Origin: Minisyncoccia bacterium | GTDB lineage: Bacteria > Patescibacteriota > Minisyncoccia > Phycocordibacterales > UBA9973 | Length of the DNA stretch: 41,656 bases | Assembly: GCA_965662335.1 (NCBI GenBank) | Contig: CBFIGQ010000001.1 | Span: 1-41,656, forward strand | Direction: 5' to 3' | In this document: one piece after another, positions 36,216 through 41,656 of the stretch | Position numbering within the stretch: the first letter of the stretch is position 1 | How the letters are laid out: the number at the start of each line of letters is the position of its first letter | Program-made: the position numbers and the translations under genes | The notes under the pieces: generated by a model | The model's input: the letters and a program-made list of their open reading frames with translations, nothing else | Database searches by the model: none | Told to the model about the DNA's origin: nothing

Positions 36216-37478
36216 ATGAAAAAAATTCTCCTTATTGTTCTCGGAGTACTCGTCCTAGCCGCTGGTGGCTGGTACTGGTATGCGAAAAAGCACCAGACTG
36301 CTCCAGGGGTACCTGCGGTCACTGACTTTGGAGCGTTCTTTCCGATTGGTGCAAATACTGCCCCCTCTATCGAGGGACAGCTTCAGTCTCCTGACAGTGT
36401 TGCCACTACAGATATACAACAGAAAAACTCTCCCTTTACCCAACTCAGCCCTGATGCGGTCGCTGGTTTCACCGCCTACACGTATATAGAAAAGGTGAAG
36501 GTCCTCTCAGATCCTAGCAACCCGAAGTCAAAAGTGATAGAACAGTCAGTACCTCACCATGTGGTGCGGTATGTATCTCGAGCAAATGGATACGTGTACG
36601 AGATAGTTGACGGGTCTATTCCGCTTCAGATCACCAATGTATACATTCCCAATATCTACGAAGCATCATTTGCGGACAACAATCAAACTGCAGTACTCAG
36701 ATTTTTGCGAGACGACCAGCAAACTATTGCTACCTATAGTGTACCTATTCCTCTTCCCAACCCAGATGGTACTCGTACCCAAAAGGAAGGAACATACTTT
36801 CCAGATAACATACTCCAACTAGCACCGTCTCCGAGTGGCGGCACGAGTATTGCACGCCTCACGAGTGACCCAACAAGCGCACTTCTTTCAATTACTAACT
36901 CTATAAATGCAAAAAAGGTTGATCTACTCCGTACACCATTTCGTGAATGGATACTTTCATGGGTTTCACCAAAAACATTGTATGTACAGACAAAGGCAAG
37001 CGCACAAGTTGCGGGATTTCTCTACAGTATAGACACAACTGAACGTAAACTAAGGAGAGTTCTCGGTAATATTAATGGCCTTACAACATCGGTAAGTCCA
37101 AGTGGTACTTATATACTCTATTCACAAAACTCAGGACAAGGTTTTGTTACCAAACTTTTTAATACTAAGACGAGCGCTACCCAGTCGTTAACGCTTAGCA
37201 TACTCCCAGAAAAGTGTGCTTGGTCATCTCTAGAAGATGTGTTTTGTGCAGGCACGACTACTCTAACTCCAGCAGTATACCCGGACGCATGGTATCAGGG
37301 CACAGTTTCCTTTTCAGACCAGCTCTACCATATCTATACCAAATCAGTTATCTACGACACACTCTATGACAACAGCGGGCAATCGTTTGATATGACCAAC
37401 CTACAGGTGAATGAAGATCAGCGGATACTCTATTTTATGGATAAGACGAGCGGAGTACTCTGGCAGTATCAGTACTAG
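36216..37478 (+). CDS. Membrane-anchored beta-propeller-like protein
   Basis: N-terminal TM; RYVSRANGYVYE, SPSGTYILYS, LPEKCAW, PDAWYQG..SFSDQL. Confidence 0.72.
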   Translation: MKKILLIVLGVLVLAAGGWYWYAKKHQTAPGVPAVTDFGAFFPIGANTAPSIEGQLQSPDSVATTDIQQKNSPFTQLSPDAVAGFTAYTYIEKVKVLSDPSNPKSKVIEQSVPHHVVRYVSRANGYVYEIVDGSIPLQITNVYIPNIYEASFADNNQTAVLRFLRDDQQTIATYSVPIPLPNPDGTRTQKEGTYFPDNILQLAPSPSGGTSIARLTSDPTSALLSITNSINAKKVDLLRTPFREWILSWVSPKTLYVQTKASAQVAGFLYSIDTTERKLRRVLGNINGLTTSVSPSGTYILYSQNSGQGFVTKLFNTKTSATQSLTLSILPEKCAWSSLEDVFCAGTTTLTPAVYPDAWYQGTVSFSDQLYHIYTKSVIYDTLYDNSGQSFDMTNLQVNEDQRILYFMDKTSGVLWQYQY

Positions 37479-38173
37479 ATTGTACGGAGTTTACGTCTAA
37501 AGTAGAGTTCTTGGCCGATAGAGAAGAGGTTGGTGATCACCCAATAGAGCGCGACCGCTGACGCAAGACGGGTTGCAATAAAGATAATGATGAGCGGGAG
37601 AATGTATTTTGTCTGCACTGACATACTCTTTGCAAACTGATTTTGGAAACTCTTATCATCACTTGCAGCTGGCTTTGGAGCAAGAAATGCCTGAAACCCT
37701 TGGGTGAGACCTGCGAGTATAGCGAACGGAATAAATGGCTTGGTGATATCAACAAGACCAAAGAGTGTGTCTTTGAGTCCATCAGTGCTCAGAAATGAGT
37801 ACAGATGCTCAGGCTGGTTTACTCCATGACTAAAGGTAAAGTAGAGCGCAAAAAGAATAGGGAGCTGGATCAAGAGATAGAGACACCCAGAGAATGGGTT
37901 AATTTTTTGTGTTTTATAAAGGGCGAATGTTTCCTTCGCTTCTTCTTCTTTGGAGAGTCCTTGGGCCTTGATTTCTGCGAGTTTCGGCTCGAGCGCGCGC
38001 ATACGGTACTGACTTACAATACTTTTCTTTGAGAGGGGAAGGAGAATAAATCGAATAAGGATAGTGAGAAGTATCACCGCAAACCCAACATCTTGCATGG
38101 TGACGTGTTGGGCGATAAATATGAGGGCGTTGTAGATAGGGTTATATAAAACAGTGTTCCAAAGTGTATGCAT
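37475..38173 (-). CDS. yidC: Membrane protein insertase YidC (short form)
   Basis: GFAVILLTILIRFILLPL, LYKTQKINPFSGCL..LIQLPIL, ALYWVITNLFSIGQ. Confidence 0.95.
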   Translation of the reverse strand: MHTLWNTVLYNPIYNALIFIAQHVTMQDVGFAVILLTILIRFILLPLSKKSIVSQYRMRALEPKLAEIKAQGLSKEEEAKETFALYKTQKINPFSGCLYLLIQLPILFALYFTFSHGVNQPEHLYSFLSTDGLKDTLFGLVDITKPFIPFAILAGLTQGFQAFLAPKPAASDDKSFQNQFAKSMSVQTKYILPLIIIFIATRLASAVALYWVITNLFSIGQELYFRRKLRTI

Positions 38174-38193
38174 CGCTCTATTGTACGCATCTA

Positions 38194-38484
38194 CTACGGA
38201 TTATCAACCCTTGGCTCATTTTTAGGGTGACAGCGCCCGATACGGTCTAGTGTTTTATAGAATGCCTTAGGAAACGGGTATTTTTTAAAACATGCCATAC
38301 CATATGCCGAGCACGTAGGATAAAAGATGCAACTAGGACGGGGGTAGAAGGGTAGAAACCTGAGTATCCCCTCAGAAGGCGAAAAGAGTGCTCTATAGAG
38401 CTGTATAACGAGTATAGAGATCTTATTTGGAAGCCTTGTGAGCCTTTGCCAAAAGGTCTGTCGTGAGTGTTTTGATGTCATCAT
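38194..38484 (-). CDS. yidD: Membrane protein insertion efficiency factor YidD; start uncertain
   Basis: LY...SP, CIFYPTCSAY, RIGRCHP; synteny. Confidence 0.9.
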   Translation of the reverse strand: MMTSKHSRQTFWQRLTRLPNKISILVIQLYRALFSPSEGILRFLPFYPRPSCIFYPTCSAYGMACFKKYPFPKAFYKTLDRIGRCHPKNEPRVDNP

Positions 38485-38752
38485 ACGAAAAGCTATAACT
38501 TTGCTTGGATACGTACACTATACCCTGAATGCGAGGTTTTTGGCTTTGAACTACCGCGTATATACGCCGGCGGAGCCTATTTCGGATGACTGCCTTCTTT
38601 TCAGCCTTACTACTCGTCACTACAGAGAAGGTGGTACCTGCTGAAGGGAGGAATTTAAGGGTCCCAAGGCGGTTAAAAACAACAAAAATCCCTTTATTTC
38701 CAAGGAATTCTGTGAATTTTTGACGAGAGAACCGCTCTGGTGAGGGGAGCAT
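38423..38752 (-). CDS. rnpA: Ribonuclease P protein component
   Basis: FSVVTSSKAEKKAVIRNRLRRR (RNR motif); lies between rpmH and yidD. Confidence 0.9.
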   Translation of the reverse strand: MLPSPERFSRQKFTEFLGNKGIFVVFNRLGTLKFLPSAGTTFSVVTSSKAEKKAVIRNRLRRRIYAVVQSQKPRIQGIVYVSKQSYSFSYDDIKTLTTDLLAKAHKASK

Positions 38753-38755
38753 GCG

Positions 38756-38890
38756 TTATACCGCTATTTTTGCGCGACCTTTGTGGCGACGAGCTTTAAG
38801 CACTTTTCGGCCTGAAGCACTAGCACTTCGAACGAGAAATCCGTGTGATTTTGCGCGTTTTCGCTTGTTTGGCTGGTATGTTTGTGACAT
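38756..38890 (-). CDS. rpmH: 50S ribosomal protein L34
   Basis: Below the ORF-track cutoff; my translation: [44 protein letters not shown]. Confidence 0.95.
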   Translation of the reverse strand: MSQTYQPNKRKRAKSHGFLVRSASASGRKVLKARRHKGRAKIAV

Positions 38891-38967
38891 AAAAGTAGGC
38901 TTACTATACCCGAAAGTTCTCTATTAATCAAGGGTAGGGGTTTGGTACAATTAACAGTATTCACTTG

Positions 38968-39000
38968 TTATCCACACTTTCAACAAATCTGTGTGGATGC
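38968..39000. promoter_or_regulatory. DnaA boxes upstream of dnaA
   Basis: TTATCCACA 38968-76; degenerate inverted box TGTGGATGC 38992-39000. Confidence 0.8.
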
Positions 39001-39022
39001 GGTATGATAGTGATACTTATCC

Positions 39023-40366
39023 ATGCCTAGCACACACACACAACTTTGGAATACTTGTTTAGCTGAAATTGAGCCTCAAATCACCAAGGCAAACTTCACG
39101 ACCTGGTTTAAAAACACTGGTATTCACAAAGAAGAGGAGGGAATTATCTTTATTACAGTACCAAATGAATTTGTCCGAGAATGGATGATGACAAAGTATC
39201 AAAAACTTATCCTTAAAACGATTGTTGATCATCTCGACCACATTCGGGGTGTAGAATTCACTATCGGTTCACTTAAAAAAGAAGAGGAGCAGGTTCCACA
39301 ACCGCTCACTCCTTCCAACGAACTTCCTCTACAGAATGTATATATAAACAGGGATGATAACCTAAACCCTCGCTACACTTTTGATCGCTTTGTGGTCGGA
39401 CCGTTCAATGAGCTTGCGTATGCTGCAGCACAAGCCGTTGTTAAAAACCCGTCTGATGCGTATAATCCACTCTTTTTCTATAGTCCAAGTGGCCTCGGAA
39501 AAACTCACCTCATCCAAGCAGTTGGAAATGAAATAAAGCGTCTCTTTCCTGAAAAGCAAATATTCTATGTGACCGCAGAGAAATTTATGAACGACTATAC
39601 TACCTCTGTATTTAACAACAGAACAGCGCAGTTTCGTGAAAAATACCGTAAATTCGATGTTCTTATTATTGATGATATTCAATTTATATCAGGAAAGGAG
39701 CAGACCCAAAATGAACTCTTTCATTTATTTAATACACTCTACGAACAAGGCAAAAATATTATCTTTTCTTCTGATAAGCACCCTAACCACATCATTGGCC
39801 TTGAAGACCGTCTAAAAACTCGCTTTAACGCAGGGATGACTATTGATATCCAAGAACCAGATCTTGAGTCCCGTCTTGCAATTATCCGGGAAAAAAGTAT
39901 CCGACTTCCACATCCACTCGATCAGGAAGTATTAACCTATATTGCCAGTGTTGTTACAGGAAGTATTCGAGAACTTGAAGGAGTACTCAACATCATTAGT
40001 ATGCACGCAGAAGTAAAACAGAAACCAATCACACTCACCGAGGTAAAAAACCTTATAAAACATAGCATAAAGCCAAAAAAAGTAGTCTCTGTCGATACTG
40101 TGGTCAAACAAATCTCTGAATACTACAACCTTGACGAGAGTATTATCTATGAAAAAACGCGACGTAAAGAGGTAGTGAAGGCACGGCAAGTGATTATGTT
40201 CATTCTTCGTGAAGATTTTAATGAATCCTACCCATCAATCGGTTCAAAACTTGGCGGAAAAGATCATACTACTGTGATTCACTCCTACGAGAAAATTAAA
40301 AGTGAACTCTCGCGGGACGCATCTCTTATGAAAGAACTTGAAGATATCCGTATCATGTTTAAATGA
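39023..40366 (+). CDS. dnaA: Chromosomal replication initiator DnaA
   Basis: LNPRYTFDRFVVG, YNPLF, GLGKTHL, IIDDIQF, RELEG, GGKDHTTVIHS. Confidence 0.98.
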   Translation: MPSTHTQLWNTCLAEIEPQITKANFTTWFKNTGIHKEEEGIIFITVPNEFVREWMMTKYQKLILKTIVDHLDHIRGVEFTIGSLKKEEEQVPQPLTPSNELPLQNVYINRDDNLNPRYTFDRFVVGPFNELAYAAAQAVVKNPSDAYNPLFFYSPSGLGKTHLIQAVGNEIKRLFPEKQIFYVTAEKFMNDYTTSVFNNRTAQFREKYRKFDVLIIDDIQFISGKEQTQNELFHLFNTLYEQGKNIIFSSDKHPNHIIGLEDRLKTRFNAGMTIDIQEPDLESRLAIIREKSIRLPHPLDQEVLTYIASVVTGSIRELEGVLNIISMHAEVKQKPITLTEVKNLIKHSIKPKKVVSVDTVVKQISEYYNLDESIIYEKTRRKEVVKARQVIMFILREDFNESYPSIGSKLGGKDHTTVIHSYEKIKSELSRDASLMKELEDIRIMFK

Positions 40367-40551
40367 TGTGGAAAAAAATAGAATACGGTGTGAAAAACAT
40401 GAGGATAGAATATAGGTACAGAAACAACATTCACAGTACTCTATATTTAATCCCCACTACAGTATTTTGAAAAACTATTATAGATTAATACTATAATTCC
40501 TTTATCCACAATCCACAGCATATATAGTATGCGTTATATAAAAAGAAAAAT
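40367..40551. other. Probable oriC (dnaA-dnaN intergenic region)
   Basis: AT-rich; TGTGGAAAA 40367-75, TTATCCACA 40502-10 followed by ATCCACA. Confidence 0.75.
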
Positions 40552-41649
40552 ATGAAAGCGACGTGTGCCATAGAAAAACTAAAAAATGCCGTAAGTACTG
40601 CAGATAAAATGACAGGTAAAAATCTTACCCTTCCAGTACTCCACTCAATCCTCCTTGTAGCGCAAAAGACGAGTATTGTCATACGATCAACAAACCTTGC
40701 AGTAGGTATTGAGCTTGAAATCCCGGCAAAGGTTGAATTGGAAGGTAGTGTTGTTGTAAAAGGAGATATATTGACCCAGGTTTGTGCATCCCTAAATAGT
40801 GCACAAGAGGTAACTCTCTCTCTAGAAAATAATAACCTTACCCTCACTACTCTCACCCACACAACAACGATCACCTCACTCCCAAGTGATGAATTCCCAG
40901 TACTCCCTCAAGTAGAAGGAGATCAGTTTGAAATTAAAACTCCGATACTAGCAGATGGGATTAGATCTGTTTCCTTTGCAGCTGCAATCAGTGAAATAAA
41001 GCCAGAAATTGCGAGTGTGTATATATATGGCGAAGAAGGAACGCTCTATCTTGTTGCGACTGACTCATTTCGGCTTGCAGAGAAAAAAATTCAGAACAAA
41101 CATATTCCCGATATTTCAAAACTTCTTATTCCATTTAAGAATATTGGAGAACTACTGCGTGCTCTTGATGCGGCGGGAGATATGGTAGTTGTTTCATATA
41201 ATAAAAACCAAGTTTCAATACAAGGAAAAGGGGTATATTTCACTTCACGGCTTATTGATGGAGGATTCCCACCGTACCACCTCATAATTCCGAAAGAAGA
41301 AACGACAAAGGTGGTTGTTATGAAACAGGAACTCCTTAGTACACTCAAGCTTTCCAACATCTTTGCAGATAAATTTATGCAAGTGATGTTTACAGTTGAC
41401 CCTCACACAAAGAAACTTATTATCTCTTCAAAAAACAGTGATATTGGATCCTCAGAATCAGTAGTTGATGCTGTTATTCAAGGGAAAGATATTCAAGTTG
41501 TTTGTAACCTCAAGTATTTCCTTGATGTATTCCAGGCGCTTTCAGGAGATAGTGTCTCACTTTCTTTTACTGAACCAAACAAACCGATAGTTGTGCGAAG
41601 TGTATCAGATACGTCATTTTTATACCTCTTAATGCCGGCAAACCGCTAA
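40552..41649 (+). CDS. dnaN: DNA polymerase III beta sliding clamp
   Basis: LPVLHSIL, STNL, DEFP, VATDSFRLAE, SRLIDGGFPPY, YLLMP; follows dnaA. Confidence 0.97.
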   Translation: MKATCAIEKLKNAVSTADKMTGKNLTLPVLHSILLVAQKTSIVIRSTNLAVGIELEIPAKVELEGSVVVKGDILTQVCASLNSAQEVTLSLENNNLTLTTLTHTTTITSLPSDEFPVLPQVEGDQFEIKTPILADGIRSVSFAAAISEIKPEIASVYIYGEEGTLYLVATDSFRLAEKKIQNKHIPDISKLLIPFKNIGELLRALDAAGDMVVVSYNKNQVSIQGKGVYFTSRLIDGGFPPYHLIIPKEETTKVVVMKQELLSTLKLSNIFADKFMQVMFTVDPHTKKLIISSKNSDIGSSESVVDAVIQGKDIQVVCNLKYFLDVFQALSGDSVSLSFTEPNKPIVVRSVSDTSFLYLLMPANR

Positions 41650-41656
41650 TATGGGA

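Noticed and set aside
38764-38964. 66-aa ORF from the track
   Set aside because: Wrong frame; the real gene is rpmH at 38756-38890
1-41656. CRISPR array, rRNA, transposase or reverse transcriptase
   Set aside because: No regularly spaced identical repeats, rRNA-like sequence, DDE/HUH transposase or RT motifs seen

Overview
41.7 kb of a small-genome bacterial chromosome, most consistent with Patescibacteria/CPR (Parcubacteria-like). This rests on gene content, short degenerate RnpA/YidC, the PrgI-VirB4 locus and the near absence of Shine-Dalgarno sites. The right end is the origin region (yidC-yidD-rnpA-rpmH <> dnaA-oriC-dnaN). Directly beside it is a ~15 kb co-oriented cluster resembling a non-mobile type IV secretion/surface apparatus: VirB6-like, PrgI/VirB3-like, VirB4, a pilin-lytic transglycosylase fusion and Cys-rich surface proteins. 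The left half has three tRNAs (Pro-TGG, Gly-GCC, Arg-TCG), a CCA-adding enzyme, an HTH-Doc toxin-antitoxin pair, xth, a Xer recombinase, rpsO, a DksA-like gene, comM, pcrA and rsmA. The most unusual part is 10.9-14.9 kb. There a TrmB-type regulator faces a strong promoter, followed by a ~460 nt ORF-free, heavily base-paired RNA I cannot assign to a known family. Downstream is an array of orphan genes, four of them preceded by the same two-hairpin plus boxA-like module. Many genes also have a -10 hexamer 6-9 nt before the ATG, suggesting pervasive leaderless transcription. All calls come from reading motifs by eye; no searches or folding programs were run.
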